Positions 12,246 through 25,987 of a DNA stretch of 64,000 nucleotides are shown here, in pieces. Location of the stretch: assembly GCA_001244265.2 (NCBI GenBank), contig CDLV01000008.1, forward strand, positions 1,240,001 through 1,304,000, written 5' to 3'. Numbering within the stretch: position 1 is the stretch's first letter; each line of letters begins with the position of its first letter. The position numbers and the translations under genes were made by a program. Source of the DNA: Microbotryum violaceum (lineage: Eukaryota). A model generated the notes under the pieces. It saw nothing but the letters and a program-made list of their open reading frames with translations, did no database searches and was not told where the DNA came from.

Positions 12246-12607
12246 GGTGCAGTGCGAATTGAACTCGCAACAAGAAACGAGCTGTTGGTAAACCAGCGGT
12301 CGAGGTGCAGGTGCAGGTGCAAGTGCAAGTGCAGCGCAAGCCGTGAACGGTGTCGAGTGACGAGTGACGAAGCGCGGCGTACGGGATAATAAGCGTTTGT
12401 AATAAACGCACAGGTTGTTAATGGCTGGTTACCCCTGGTTACCCCTGGGCAGGCTGGTTACCGCCGAGGGATGCCCCGCGGTTTTGGCCGCACGCGCCTT
12501 TATCGGGTCGACGTGGCCTTCTTTCTGCGTGCGTGCGCCTCTCCCACTCCATCCTCCCTCCTCCACATCCCACGTCTTCAACTCGCTCGCCTCGCGCTTC
12601 TCCAATC

Positions 12608-13755
12608 ATGCGCGTGTCGTTCAGCTTGCTCGCCACCGCTCTCTTTGCCGTCGCACGTGCCGAGTTGCGAGTCGTCGATGGCCAGTTTGCGCTGCTCGAT
12701 TCGGTCGGCATCGCTGCGCAGCAGGCCCAGTCAGTTCTCCTCTGTTTGCCTCTGTTTGGAATAGGGTGTCCTCTAGAGCAGTGCCGAGTCAGAGCTGACC
12801 AGTTCCCACCTGCTCGTCCAAAACTGTCTCCCCAGATTCTCGTCCGCGAGCCCTGCACCCCTGTCGGCGATTAAACTCACGCCCGTCGACACGTTGAGGC
12901 TCAGCTACACGATCCAGACCGTCGAGGACGGGCAACCCGCGACGCCGCAACAAAACTTCCTCGTCTGGCAGGCACTCGACCCCAAAGAGCGAGGTCAGCC
13001 GGGGAGGGACCACGTCATCCCGCTCAAGATCCGTAAAGGCGGCAAGGCCAAGTGGGAACTGGTCAGTACTCCGAATTCCTTCCCTTTGGCGGGCACGGCC
13101 ATGGAATACTGACCATACTCGCGCTTACCTATGTGCAGGACCTCTCGAGGGCACCCGTTGATATCTTGGCGCTTTCGACCGGGCCCATCTCGTTGACGCT
13201 GCTCGTCGGCGACCCCAAGCACCCCCGAGGCCTATCGATCCCGCTCGGCACCTTCACCCTCGCGCCCTCGCTGGTGCTCCCCTTCCCTCAACCACCCCTG
13301 TCGAGTCTGCCCAAGTCGTACGAGATCGAGAGGTACAGTAAGATGCCCGAGATCGCATGGGAGTTTAGGAAGCCCGAGAAGCGCGTCGGGCTTTTCAAGG
13401 CCGGCTTGGGTTTGATCGCCGTGCTCAGTCCCTGGGTCGTCTTGCTCGGCGTGGTGAGTTTTGAACCGAAAAATGAGTTGTGGATAAGTGATGCTGATGA
13501 ACTCTTTGGCTACGCTGCTACGAACAGATTGGAAGCGTCCAACTCAAGCTCCGAACGCCATCGTTCTCGACGCTCTCGTTCCTCGGCTCATTAACGTCGC
13601 TCGAACTGTTGACGATTTACTACTGGACCTCGCTCAAGCTGTTGCCAACGTTGCCCTACTTTCTCGCGCTGGCTCTGTTGACGGCGTTGACGGGGAGGAA
13701 TGCGTTGGGCGATATGCGGAAGGCGCGGTTGGCGACCGACAAAAAGGCCGAGTAG
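12608..13755 (+). CDS. SWP1: Oligosaccharyltransferase subunit Swp1/ribophorin II
   Basis: N-terminal signal peptide, RYSKMPEIAWEFRKPEKR, three C-terminal TM segments, YYWTSLKL, and a terminal KKAE dilysine motif. Confidence 0.8.
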
Positions 13756-14359
13756 AGGATCATTCTTCAATGTTATCTGGGCTAGTTAGCCCGCGATTGC
13801 AACCCATTGCTATTAGACAGAAGACATACAAGGTTTATTGACTTTACTTGCTTCTGTCTAGTTCTCATGGGCCCTGATGTGCGTGCTCTGCTCCCCTCCG
13901 TGGCAAATTGAGCTCGGACCCAGGCCTCCCTTGGGCGGGGCGGCCTAAAAAGCGAGTAGAGCGAGTCTCGTTCCCGTCGGCCCCGTCGTAGTCCCGTCGT
14001 CGCCCGGTCGTGCGCGCTCGCTCTCTGACGCACCCCACCTGACTCTTGGCTGCCGCACCCACCCATCACACGACAGCTCCACTTGACTCTCTCACTTGAC
14101 TCTCCCCACTGATATCAAAGGAACAAACTTGAGCCTCGTCACGCCTGTTTCTCCCTTCCCCGTTGAGCGCACTTGCCAGCACCACGTCAGATTAGCGTCC
14201 TCTCACTCTGCGCACTGGCACTAGCACCCAGTACGGCGCCCCATTCCCCGTCAGCGTCACACACCACAGCGGCCCCCTGCAGCCGTCGCAGCTTACCACC
14301 CCCGCGACCCGGCACACATCGCAACACCACACTTGACTTTCTGGACCCACCACACCACC

Positions 14360-16151
14360 ATGTCTGCTTCAACAAGAAACTCTCGACCCAACCCACAGCA
14401 GGCCACCAGGCCACAGCAGCAGCCCTCCGCTTCCTCCTCGTCGTCCTCTTCCAACACCACCACCACAACAGCCGTCGCCACACAAGGCCCAACACCGGCC
14501 GACTGGAAGGCCAAACTCAATCTCCCCGCCAAGGACCACAGGCCACAGACCGAGGTACGCCATGCTTACTCGTGTAGGCGGGCTAAACGATGGCAGCCCC
14601 CCCCCCCCCCCTTTTTCCGACTGGCCCCGACGGGACCTCCGACGCTCACCTCCCCCGTTTTTCGCCCTTTAGGATGTCACCGCAACCAAAGGCAACGAGT
14701 TCGAGGACTATTTCCTCAAGCGAGAACTACTCATGGGCATCTTCGAGGCCGGCTTCGAACGACCGTCTCCGATCCAGGAGGAAGCCATTCCAATCGCCTT
14801 AACCGGACGAGATATCCTCGCGCGCGCCAAGAACGGCACAGGCAAGACCGCCGCCTTCATCATCCCGACCCTCGAGCGCGTCAATCCCAAAATCCACAAG
14901 ATACAGGCCCTCCTCCTCGTACCGACGCGTGAGCTCGCACTCCAGACCAGTCAGGTCTGCAAGACCTTGGGCAAGCACACGGGTGCGCAGATCATGGTCA
15001 CCACCGGCGGAACGACCCTGCGCGACGACATCCTCCGTCTCGGCGAACCGGTGCACATCCTCGTCGGGACCCCCGGTCGCATCCTCGATCTCGCCGGCAA
15101 GGGGATCGCCGACCTCAGCGCATGTCCCATGTTCGTCATGGACGAGGCAGACAAGCTTCTCTCGCCCGAGTTCACCCCCGTCATCGAGCAATTGCTCAAG
15201 CTCATGCCCAAGGAGCGTCAAGTGATGCTCTTCTCCGCGACGTTCCCCCTGATCGTCAAGGACTTCAAGGACAAGTGGATGACCAAGCCGTACGAGATTA
15301 ACCTCATGGACGAGCTCACCCTACGCGGTGTGACGCAGTACTACGCCTTCTTGGAGGAACGACAAAAAGTGCACTGCCTCAACACGCTCTTCTCCAAATT
15401 GCAGATCAATCAGAGCATTATCTTTTGCAACTCGACCAACCGCGTTGAATTGCTCGCTAAAAAGATTACCGAGCTCGGCTACTCGTGCTTCTACTCGCAC
15501 GCACGCATGCTCCAGGCGCACCGCAACCGCGTTTTCCACGACTTCCGCAACGGCGTGTGCCGCAACCTCGTCTGTTCCGATCTTTTGACCCGTGGTATCG
15601 ATATCCAAGCCGTCAATGTTGTCATCAACTTCGAGTCAGTTTAAGAAAACACCCTTCTTGGAGCTGATGCGAAGTAGCTGACCCGCTCCTCACTACGCGC
15701 TCTTCTCAGTTTTCCCAAGAACGCCGAAACGTACCTGCATCGCATCGGTCGATCGGGTCGTTACGGCCATCTCGGTCTCGCGATCAACCTCATCACCTAC
15801 GACGACCGCTTCGACCTGTACCGCATCGAACAAGAATTGGGCACCGAGATCCAACCCATCCCCCCGGTCATTGACCGAAGTCTGTACGTCGCACCGGGGA
15901 CGGAGGAGGAGACGACCCAACGACCGAATCAGGCTCAGGCGCAACAAAGCCAGCAACAGCAACAACAGCAGCGACAGGCATACCCTCAACAACAGCAGCA
16001 GGGGCAGCAGGGACAACAACAGCAGAGGTCTTACCAAAAGCAAGGGCAGCAGGGTCAGGGAGGACAGCAGCAACAGAGGCCTCAACAAGGCCAGCAACCG
16101 CAAGGTGGCGGATATGGAGGCCAGCAACAGAACGGGCAGCGGAGGCAGTAG
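14360..16151 (+). CDS. DHH1: DEAD-box RNA helicase Dhh1/DDX6
   Basis: Motifs [28 protein letters not shown] and HRIGRSGR. Two introns and a Q-rich C-terminus. Confidence 0.97.
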
Positions 16152-17418
16152 AGCAGGACCGGACAGTGGGACGAGCGAAGGAGGAAGGGGGGAGGTGAGG
16201 ACGAGGTGAGGAGATAAGAACCAAGACGGTTAACATGAAGCGCAAGGAGAAAGCAGATATGATCTGAAGAGAAGAGGCAAGGAAGAGGATGAGACACGGA
16301 ACCAAGCGACACGACCAACTTTAAAACGAGAATTAAACGACCAGCACGGAAACCGTAAATACGACCACTAGATCCCCACATCACGATCACCCTTTCTTTT
16401 CTTCGATCGTCGCCGACACGCCTATTGTATTATTCACTTTGCGCCGCGGAACAACTTCTCTTTTGGCGACTCGTCAATTACGTGCGCACGATCTTTTGGG
16501 AACGCAGGTTGCGCCTTTTCGTCTCTCCCGGAATCAAAGTTTAGAATCACGGTTTTTGCGTTGGAGTGTTTCGGGTCGCGTTGCTCGTAACGACGGAGGA
16601 GGTAGTTAGTTGGTCGATGATTGTGGGGGGATGGAGGGGCAGAAATCATTTGAGGATGTTGCGGGCAGGAGGAGTCATGGTACGTTGGGGACGTGGAGAG
16701 GCAGCGGAAGGTAATGGGTGCAGGAGGGAAGGAGAGGCAGAAGGAACGTGTACGCAGATCTCGATTCAAACCAAACCGTGTGCTTGACAACCTGAGTCGT
16801 GTTCGGCAGTTGACAGGATTGGTGGAGGTTGGTGTTTGTTCCTCGTTGAACATCTTGGACGGAATACGGTGTTTTTTTTCGCTCAAGGAAAATCGATGGA
16901 ACGGAAGGTGGTTGCGAAGTAATCTGCTGCTTAGACATTTTACGTACGCGCTTATCGCGAGTGAAGCCAACGTGGTAGTTCTTCGACCTCTCGTTTTTCC
17001 AATTCATCATGCTTGACGGGCAAGAGCCGATGTGGAAGCGAGATTGCTGCACTGTCGGATTCTCAAACGGGACCTGCTACTACTGAAGCACAACAAGCCA
17101 AAGAGAAAAGAGAGACTGCTACAGACACGCCTTGCCGATTTTAGACCTACACGGTAAGCGTCGAAGTCGTTCCGAGCTGGGACGTGTTGGTTAGCTTCGA
17201 ACCTTTAAGTTTCCACGTCGCCGCACGTAGCTGGTTGTTTCCGTACGGATGATGGGGGACTGGGAAAGAAAACACGCGAAGTAAAGTCACTTTCTCTTGA
17301 CCTCCTCGTGGGTGTGGACACGATGAATCACTCGGACGACTCCTTATCTAGACGCTCGTCAGTTGAGGGGACTGGCGCTGATCTGGTCGGTGCAACCGGA
17401 CCGCCCTCTACCTCCAAG

Positions 17419-20400
17419 TCAGCGGGTTCCTGATATCACAGCACTTGTACCCATTTCTTCTGCTAAGGGCGGTACCGACCGTTCCGACCGCCATGTAGTG
17501 TCCACGAACGGAGCGCGCAGCGAGTGGATCCACGCGGGTGCTTCAGGTGATTCGACATCTACCTCGATCTCGATATCGCTCGACTCGCCGTCCTCTTGGG
17601 GTCGCGGAGGGGATTCCTTTGAAGATTCGGGTGGCTTTAAATCATCTGAGGTCACTCCGCAGTGATCTACAGCTTTGCGCTGATCGAGCACCTCCGGACC
17701 TGAAATGCCGTCGTCTCTTGGAGTTGATCGCGGAGTGACGCCTGTTCTCCAAGAGGACCGAGGTCGAGGAGGGACCCACTGAGAGCTGATAGAGCCTTGC
17801 TCTGCCAATCCTTGAGACGCTCTTAGGTTGCCACTCGAAGTATGCCTCTTGCCTTGGGTCTGCGAACCTGTATCCACTGACTCGCTCTCGTCATCAACGT
17901 CACTCAGGCGCGTCAGTCTCAGCTCGACGACCTCCTCCTCCGAGTCGTCTTCACCATCACCCAACAAGCGCATCTCCTCGTCGCCATCTTCACCGTATGG
18001 GTATTTTCGAGCCCAGCTATGCGGACCACGTCGCACCGTCGGAACGTCTTCAAGCGTTGACTTATTCTCGAGCGTCAAGTCTGTCGCAGCAATGTGTTCG
18101 ACTGGGTGAGGACGGAAGCGACGGAATTCTTGGAAGCTAAACCGCTCGGCCGGTGCGACGGAGTCTTCTAGTGTGGTGGAGCTCGTCGAGGTGCTCGTAG
18201 CCCCTGACTCTCGATTGTCGTCCACAGAGGTGAAGTGGGACCGCGGTGGTCGCTTTGGCTGCGCACTCGTGCCGGTCGTTGCGGTCCATGGTAAGGAAGG
18301 AAGGTTCGACCACGGAGATCGAGGCCGGTCGAGAATGTTTGGCTCGCTGTCTTGGGACATCGTGGAAGGTTGTTGGCTACCAGTCGAGGTACCGAAATTC
18401 TCGTCGGTAACCTTGTCGGGTGATGTTGTATTCGTCGCCTGCTTGGGTAGTTTGCGTGCCGGCGGTTTGGCATTTTCGATCATGTCAATAATGTCAAGAT
18501 TCTCTCTCTGTCGCTTCCTCGGCGTATTCCGGTGCTTGGTGGTCGAAGCCTCGGCCTTCTTGGAAATAGAACCACTGCGCCGCCGACGTTCGAGCTCGTT
18601 GCGCACATGTCGGGAGACGCTGCGGTCCGCCGCTCGCTGAATCAAGAATTGAGCTTTGGAGGATCCGACCCTCTTCGACTCCCCTGTGGGCGAGTCTGAG
18701 GTCGTTGGATTGCGAAGACAGGACTTTTGGTGGTCTTGAGGTGGTTTCAGTGCTGCGTGTCGTTAAAAACACCGAGCTAAAAACCAGGCGAAGAGTCTGA
18801 GACACGATTTGTGAAAGCCTTTCCACTTACCTTTCTCCTTCCTTTGCTGCTTGTCCCAGTCTATTGATTGGCGAGCCAGATAATGGCGAAGGTCCTTGGT
18901 CTTTCGAATGAGCTGAGTTGAGATCCTCCGCGTCAGCTCGGAGACTCCAGATTCGGAGTGCAGTCTCAGCGCACTCACACCTGCGACTTGATTCAGGCTC
19001 TGATGAGTCTTTCTTCTCATCGCGATCATCTCGTTGCCCAGATACGGATCGCGAGCGTTCGTGACCAGAGCCTTGGGGATGCGAGGTGGTAGCAATTCTT
19101 CGCCTAGTGGATCTTCAAGGGCTATCATCGCGGCTGGGACCGGGGGGCTTCGCTTGAGCGAGCAGTCCTGGCCCTCGCTGTCGCTGAGGTCTGTTGCAGG
19201 CGGTGAAGTGGACGGATCTCCGCCGGTCTCGTCGGGTTCGTTCTTGCTCGTCACTCCATTGCCATGTGGTCCGAGGAGGACGTCACGTCTCTTGATGGTC
19301 ACCTTGGGGATGTCGATATCGCTCGTGATGAGCCGAGTGATCTCCCACGATGGGATGTTGCGAGCCCACGTCCATGGCCCGACCGAAGTGGTGCTGACGC
19401 GGGGATGAGGCACCCCGGGGGGCTTGTCCCATTCTTCCGATGTATGCCCATTGTCCTCCATCATTTGAGCGCGGCCGATTGTCTGCTCGCACCACAGACG
19501 CAACTCGAAATCGTCAAAACACTCGCGCATGACGTTCTTGGATAGTTGCTCGTTAATGCGCCTCTCCTTGTGTGCCGTGCGACGTTCGCGTCGACCCAGT
19601 TCAAAAGCAGTCGACGCCCCAAAGTCGTCGACTCCGCGCCATTCTTCTTCAGCCAGCTGGTCGATGATTTCCACTCCGCCGGGATTTTGGTGATCGTCTG
19701 ATTTCGATTCCGACTCTGACTCGCTGGTATTGTCACTTCCCGCATCAAAAGTCTGACCGTCATCGTTGAGCAGAGCGAGAATATTCCAAGCAACCTCGCC
19801 GGCCCGGACAATGGCGCGAGCTCGAGCGGCCTTGGCGGCGTTCGAAGTGGCCCACACGCAGTATGTGGGGGCATCAAGTCGTTCCTTGATCGCAGGCGCG
19901 AGCACCCGGGAAAATAGATCGAGCATGGTGGTGCGAATCGTCTTTAGGATCGCGAGCAGTGGGACGTGCACTCCGACCGCCCCTTCGGCCTCCGGAACCC
20001 CTGACTTGACCTGGCGGACCGTTTCTCCCCAGGCGGACCGCAGGTGCTCACGCTGATTCTCCGATGGGTAGTCCTCCTGTAATGTCGGGGACGAACGCGG
20101 GGAGAAGATTTCGGGGAGGGGCATCACAGCAGTGGGCTCCGTCGGGTCTGACAAAGCTTGCTCTCCGTCGCGATCATCGTCGCCACGAGGCGAGCTGCTA
20201 CCGGACACCGACCCGCTCGGCACACCGATGGACGCATCTGGTTCCCACCGAGGTAAAGGCGCGACAGTAGCATCGCCAGCCATGGTAACAATGTGCTCGA
20301 GATCGTCGTCGGCCACGTAGTATGTCCCAGACATGACGAATTTTTCGTAGGCGGTGCCGAGTTGGCTACAAAGGTTTCGCAGCGGCTGGGTTGTCGATGG

Positions 20401-20961
20401 GTCGGTGAGGGGACAGGCAGTCTTTATGGTCGATGATGAGGCTAGAGAGGGCAAGCACCATAATTCCCGCGACGATGACGACAACGACGAAAGAGGCGTC
20501 GAGCAAGAATCACGTGACTCACTAGACTCGTTGGCTGGCACCAGCAAAGTTGCTGCGGATCGCTCGTGAATGGACGTGTCTTGGATCGGCTCGGCTTGCT
20601 CCGCGTGGTCCTTGCGTGTGTCACGAGCATTGGATAGCTGCAATGAGGCCTGGGTAGAGAGGGGTGAAGCGGCTGCAGCGATCGGCCATCGCTCGACGGA
20701 TCCATCGACGAAGGCGACGACAAGCACGTCATCTTCGAGGTTCCATGTGACTTGCTCAACTGCCAAAGAAAGCCACGATGCGCGATCGATGCATTGGTGA
20801 GTCGGTAGAGCTATGCCGTGGGTGTTGAGCGTCGTCCGCGTGCGGGTCCAGTTTGCGGGTTGCTTCAGACCCCTAGGGAATGAAGGTGGAGTGGGGACGG
20901 CATGGGTTTGAAGAGAAGCGGGAATGACACACCCCGAGGGTGGGATGAGCTGAAGTAGCAT
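17419..20961 (-). CDS. Large hypothetical low-complexity protein (ends approximate)
   Basis: 732-aa and 408-aa ORFs on the same strand, with a GTAAGT donor near 18830 between them. No motif recognised. Confidence 0.6.
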
Positions 20962-21670
20962 GAAGGGTCGCAGAAAGGGAAATGGGTTGCGCTCGCGCTG
21001 TCGGCCCGAGGTGAGGCGCGACGAGGAGCGTGCACTTCGTAGGGGCCCGTCGCGATGTCAAATTTGCACAAGTCAAAACTAGGAAGCGGCAAGCTATGTC
21101 AGTCGTGTTCAAAATGCGGAAGCTGCCCATTGTCCTTGAAACGAGGGAGAACATCTCCATGAATCCTCGAGTTGTCAAGAAATAGGAGACGCCCGTCCAG
21201 CCGGGATGATTGTAAAGTTACAGCCGATGCCTGCAGTGCCTTGAAGAAGACGCGGTCGGACATCGACCGAGTGGCTCACGACCAAACTCACCGTGGGATT
21301 CGATTTGGTAAGTCAGACTCGTCGCGTGCCGATGCGTCAATTGGTCCCGTGGCACATCCAGCAACGAGCGGTACCTCGCGGTACCTCGCGGTCGCTCGGG
21401 GTTGTTACGAGAGTCAGCTCCGTGTCGAGCGCGATCGACGGACCCGCGACGTTCGAGTCGTCGACGGTCGGGTTGCGACGACGAGCTTCGAGCTACAGCG
21501 CTCTAAAAGAGACGAAGTCAATGTGTAGTAGGGGTAGTCGAGATAGAGAGCTTGGTGTGATCCAGTCGTAGGCACTAGGTAGCTCAGTCGACTGTGCAAA
21601 AGCCTGAGGACGAGCTGGCTCGTTCGTTGATGGAGACACGAAACTGATCAGTACTCCGTGCGAAGGCCCA

Positions 21671-21960
21671 CGCTGGCCCATGCTGGGCCACGCTGGGCTG
21701 AGCGCACCGGGAGCTCGCGCCTGCCAGCCTCTGCTGCCTGCGCCGGCTCGCGCTAGCTCGCGCTAGCTTGCGCTAGTCTTCGCAGGGCCTCGCTTGTCTC
21801 GCGACTCGCTCGCGCTCGCGCTTTTCTGGCGCTCATTAATCATTAATCATTCGCAAGCTGCACCTGCGCGCGTCTGCTCTGACATGGGTGACAGGCGCGG
21901 ACAGGCGCTGACAAATGCTGACGTAAAGTCGGCAGAAGCAGTGTAGAAGCTGGCAGAAGG
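21671..21960. repeat. Degenerate 10-bp-period repeats (CGCTRGCTCG-like, then GACAGGCGC-like)
   Basis: cgctggccca/tgctgggcca/cgctgggctg, then cgctagctcg-like x4, then acaggcgcgg/acaggcgctg/acaaatgctg, in a divergent promoter region. Confidence 0.7.
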
Positions 21961-22054
21961 CGCATGCAGGTCCCGTGGAGGGCTCCCCGCCTCCTTCTCG
22001 TCGGCTGTCCCTCTGCTCCTCGACCACTCATCACAAAACAATCCATCACCCGAT

Positions 22055-23636
22055 ATGGCACAAATGTATGTACCTCCCTTCAACCCTCACCAGTGGCCCC
22101 ATGTTGCTCATTTAGCCAGCTGACTCGCTCCCCCACATTCTTCGCACCTCGGCGGGGCAGGCGAGCTGTACAAGTCAAAGGCACCGGCAAGACCGCCGAT
22201 GATCTCTACATCAATAATGTCGAGCGTCCCAAGCCCCAAAAAGGGCAGGTCCTGGTCAAGGTACGTCCTCGCATCGCTCGACGTCTCGCATCACTGCCTT
22301 CGCTGACGGCTGACGTAAACGGGACGCGACCCCGACACACCCCACCCCATTCTCACTGCTCTCGACGACGAACTTGCATTGCGCTTCCCAACAACGCCCA
22401 ATCGACGTTCCAGGTCCATGCATTCGGGCTGAACCGTATGGATATTATGCAACGACAGGGCTTGTATCCTCTACCTCCCGGCGTGACCGACATCCTCGGC
22501 GTCGAGTTCAGCGGCGTCGTCGAAGAAACCGCCGGCACAAAGTTCAACAAGGGTGACGCCGTCTTTGGCCTCGCGTACGGCGGAGCTTACGCCGAGTACA
22601 TCTGCGTCGCCGAAGGCATGGTCACCATCAAACCTGAGGGCGTGACCGATGTCCAGGCGGCCGCGATCTGCGAAAATTGGTTGACTGCCTACCAGGCCTT
22701 GTACTGGATCGGTGAGACCAAGCCCAAGCAGTCCGTCCTCATCCATGCTGGAGGAAGTGGTGTCGGGCTCGCTGCCATTCAGTTGGCCAAGACATTCGGA
22801 GCGTGAGTCATTCTCCCGAAGTTCTCCAGCTTGATGGCCTTCGGCTTGGGCTCATCCGTGCCCGCTCCCGCTCCAGCTCAAAGATCTTTGCGACAGCTGG
22901 CTCGGACGACAAGGTTAAGTTCGTCGAACAGCATGGTGCCACTTGCTTCAACTACAAGAGCCAAGATTGGGCCGAGGAGGTATGTCCGCCATCTTATGCA
23001 TAATCACAGATGTTGAGACAGTCGGCTGAGCCCGACTGCCCACTCTGCTGCACCGAACCAGATCTCGAAAGCCACGGACAAGGCCGGTGTGAACGTCATC
23101 ATTGATCTCGTCGGTGCATCCTACTGGGAGAAGAACATCGCCTCGCTGCAACGCGACGGCCACCTCGTGCTCGTCGGTCTCGTCGGAGGCAGGCAAACCG
23201 AAAAGCCTCTCGACCTAGGCATGCTCTTGTTCAAACGATTGAGGGTCCAAGGTGGGTCTCTGTTTTCGTACGATTTCGACGAATTGTGTTGGGGGGCTGA
23301 CCACTTTTCCATCCAACCCCGGCCACGATACAGGAACAACCCTTCGTTCACGCTCGCTCGAGTACCAGTCCGAGTTGCTCGCCGAGTTTTCCGAGAAAGC
23401 GCTTCACAAGCTGTTCTCCGAGTGCAACGGCCAGAGCGGCCTCGACCTCGTCATCCACAAGGTCAGTTACCTTTGCATTGTACTAAGGTCATCCTATTTT
23501 GTGCAAGTCGCTGATCCTCTGTGGGTCGTGTGGGCGTTGCCAGGTGTACAATTGGGAGGAGATTAGTGACGCGCACAAGGAGATGGAGGATGCCAAAAAC
23601 ACTGGCAAGATCATTTGCACGGTACCGAGCTCGTAA
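22055..23636 (+). CDS. NADPH:quinone oxidoreductase (PIG3/zeta-crystallin-like, MDR superfamily)
   Basis: Motifs AFGLNRMDIMQRQGLYP, ILGVEFSG, GGAYAEY, VLIHAGGSGVGLAAIQLA and NTGKII. Multi-exon. Confidence 0.92.
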
Positions 23637-23775
23637 GTATACATACGTAGTACAGTATAGACTATGAAACATGTTGCCAGTGGAAACACGATGTACACGT
23701 GAGACGGTTTAAAATGAGTAAGGGCTCAAAATCGCCTGGCACTGGTAGACAAGTTGCACCGCCACAAACCGCCAC

Positions 23776-23824
23776 CGTAGCCGGGCGTAGCAGGCCGTAG
23801 CTGAGCGTAGCCGGGCGTAGCTAG
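23776..23824. repeat. 10-bp-period repeat CGTAGCNGGG, ~5 copies
   Basis: cgtagccggg cgtagcaggc cgtagctgag cgtagccggg cgtagctag. Confidence 0.8.
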
Positions 23825-23850
23825 ACCCCAGAAAGCCGGGGCGCTGGCCG

Positions 23851-25928
23851 TGTCCAGGGAGTGCTAACTTCGTCAACTTCAGGCGCGCGCGCGCGCTTGA
23901 GGCGCGCTTGAGGCCCGATTAGGCATGAAGTTGGCGAAGTTAGCAGGGGCGTGGGGGAAGTTGGCAGAAAGACGGGGGAAGTTGGCATTGGCCCACGGGA
24001 AGTTAGCAGAAGTCACGTGTCCCCCGCGGCGCGACAATCGCATCGAGCTCTTTCGCAGCCCCCTTACCTGTCCTGATCTATGTATGCCCAACGTCCGCAC
24101 TTCTTCGGCCTTCGAGCCAACACAACGTATTTTTCCACGTCACCGCAAGACTCGCCCTCAATTGTTGATCTCATCCGATGCCGTTCAGCAAAGCCGATCG
24201 AAACGATTTGGCGTGAACAGCACGCCTGGGCGAGACACTGAACTAGCACACTTTACACTTTACGTCGACAAAGACACGGAGTTGGGCTGTAATCCAATGC
24301 TCATCAACCTACATGAGCCATCGATCGAGCAAGACTGCCATTAATCTAGCATCACGAGCGCACCGACGTCAGGCTCCCGAGGTCCGCCGTCCACCGCGTT
24401 CCATCGTCGTCAACCGCCTACAACGTCCCAAAGCATTCTTGAAGACGACCAGACCGATAAAGAAGCAAGTAGCAAACTTGGAATACCCGCTGAGCAATAC
24501 CTTCAGCTAAGCCAAGTTCAGGAGTCGCTGATAAGGATCAGGTCGGAGCCAACGTTGGTCGACCACGATCATTGGACTACGCAAGAAGTGCAGGTCAATG
24601 GTAACAGCTCGAATACTAAGGATCGTCTCGTTGATATCCGTTGCTAAGCTGACATCCATCGTCACAACATCTGCCATGAAATGGAGCCGTTAGAGAAAAG
24701 GTACCGTGAGTCCTCGCCCGACCATTAGCCCGTTCCCCCTGCCACTCCATCTCGTGTACTGAAGTCGGCGTTTCTGTGTTCCCCGTTCCCAGAGGAGTGA
24801 CTAGAAATAAATCCGTTCATGTTACGATACCCAGTCCAACTCGTTCAACGCATCTATAGTCATTTTGAGCTACCCTTCGCTTCGACTTTAGTTCTACCGA
24901 GCCCACCCGGTCCGTATGGTCAAAGATCCGAACGGACGCCGTCTCTCAAGTGAGCAGAGCAACGGACAAAGTCAGTTACTACTAAGAAAAATCGAACACA
25001 CTTTACAAGCATCAGACGGCAAGAGTGTCGGGTCTTGTGCTCCCCCGGCGATTGAGGATTTGGAACTGCGGCGGGACGAAATCGTGACGCTATGCAACCA
25101 CTAAGATCGGAACACAAGGAGGATACAGATTAGCTCCACGACCTGCCATCCAGCGTGCCATCACTTCGCGCTACCAACAGCCTTTGTATGAAGCTCGCAA
25201 GAAGAAGGACTGGCGTGAGTTCATGCTCGGCGGACCATATGACAAGATCTTCTGACCTCGGCTTGATCCTTATCGGCATCGGTATCGATCGGCATCCTTC
25301 CCTGCGCTTCTCTCATGGGCATCCTCGGTATCTTGATATTTCATCGATCAATTTACGAATTATTCCACCATTCAGGATGTGCTCCAACGGATACCAGCGC
25401 AACAAAACGGTCCTCAAGAACGGTGATTCGAGACTCGTTGGTAGCTCAGATTGGCCTCGCCGAACCCGCGATCTCAATCGACCGGTGCCTTACTCTAAGC
25501 ATTGGAACTCCAACACGGTGAGATGTTCGCACAGTTTTTGTGGAAGCCATTTCTGGTAAAGCAAAGGATATATCTTGTAATTCACGTGTTCGTAGCTTGT
25601 TTGTTTCATTGCTCTTTACACTGCTGTCTGAGCTTTGAAAAGGCTTTGAAGTGAGGCGGCTGCGAGCGGGACTGTAAGCGTGTTTCTCAAGCTTAGGCAT
25701 ACCATCTTTGCCTGGTGTTGGTGTTAAGATACCGAATTCGGGCAAGTTAACAAGAGAGTACTATGCCCATGTACATCATGCTTTCCTTCTTCCCGCTTCT
25801 TCGATTCTTTTCCTTATTTCTGTCCTTTTTCTTTCTCTTTTCTTCTCCTTTTCCTTCCCTTCCTTCTCTTTTTTCTTTTTCTTTTTTCTTTTTTTTCTTT
25901 TTCCGCATCGCCGGCAACTCCCTGGACA
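23851..25928. mobile_element. Candidate non-autonomous TIR element containing a decayed ORF
   Basis: Perfect 12-bp inverted repeats TGTCCAGGGAGT (23851-23862) and ACTCCCTGGACA (25917-25928). Subterminal GAAGTTRGC repeats on the left, a pyrimidine tract on the right, and a stop-riddled + strand frame from ~24297. No target-site duplication (TSD) established. Confidence 0.55.
25780..25903. repeat. T/C-rich low-complexity tract
   Basis: Nearly pure pyrimidine (TTTC-like) run. Confidence 0.9.
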
Positions 25929-25987
25929 TGGGTGGCGGCCCAGAAAGCCCAGCCAGAGGCGCATGCGGAAAAACGCCCTTTTTTGGC

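Noticed and set aside
15900-16151. Q-rich tail of Dhh1
   Set aside because: Low-complexity tails are ordinary for this family.
16434-17052. ORFs downstream of DHH1
   Set aside because: No motifs or coding-like composition. More likely a long 3' UTR or intergenic sequence.
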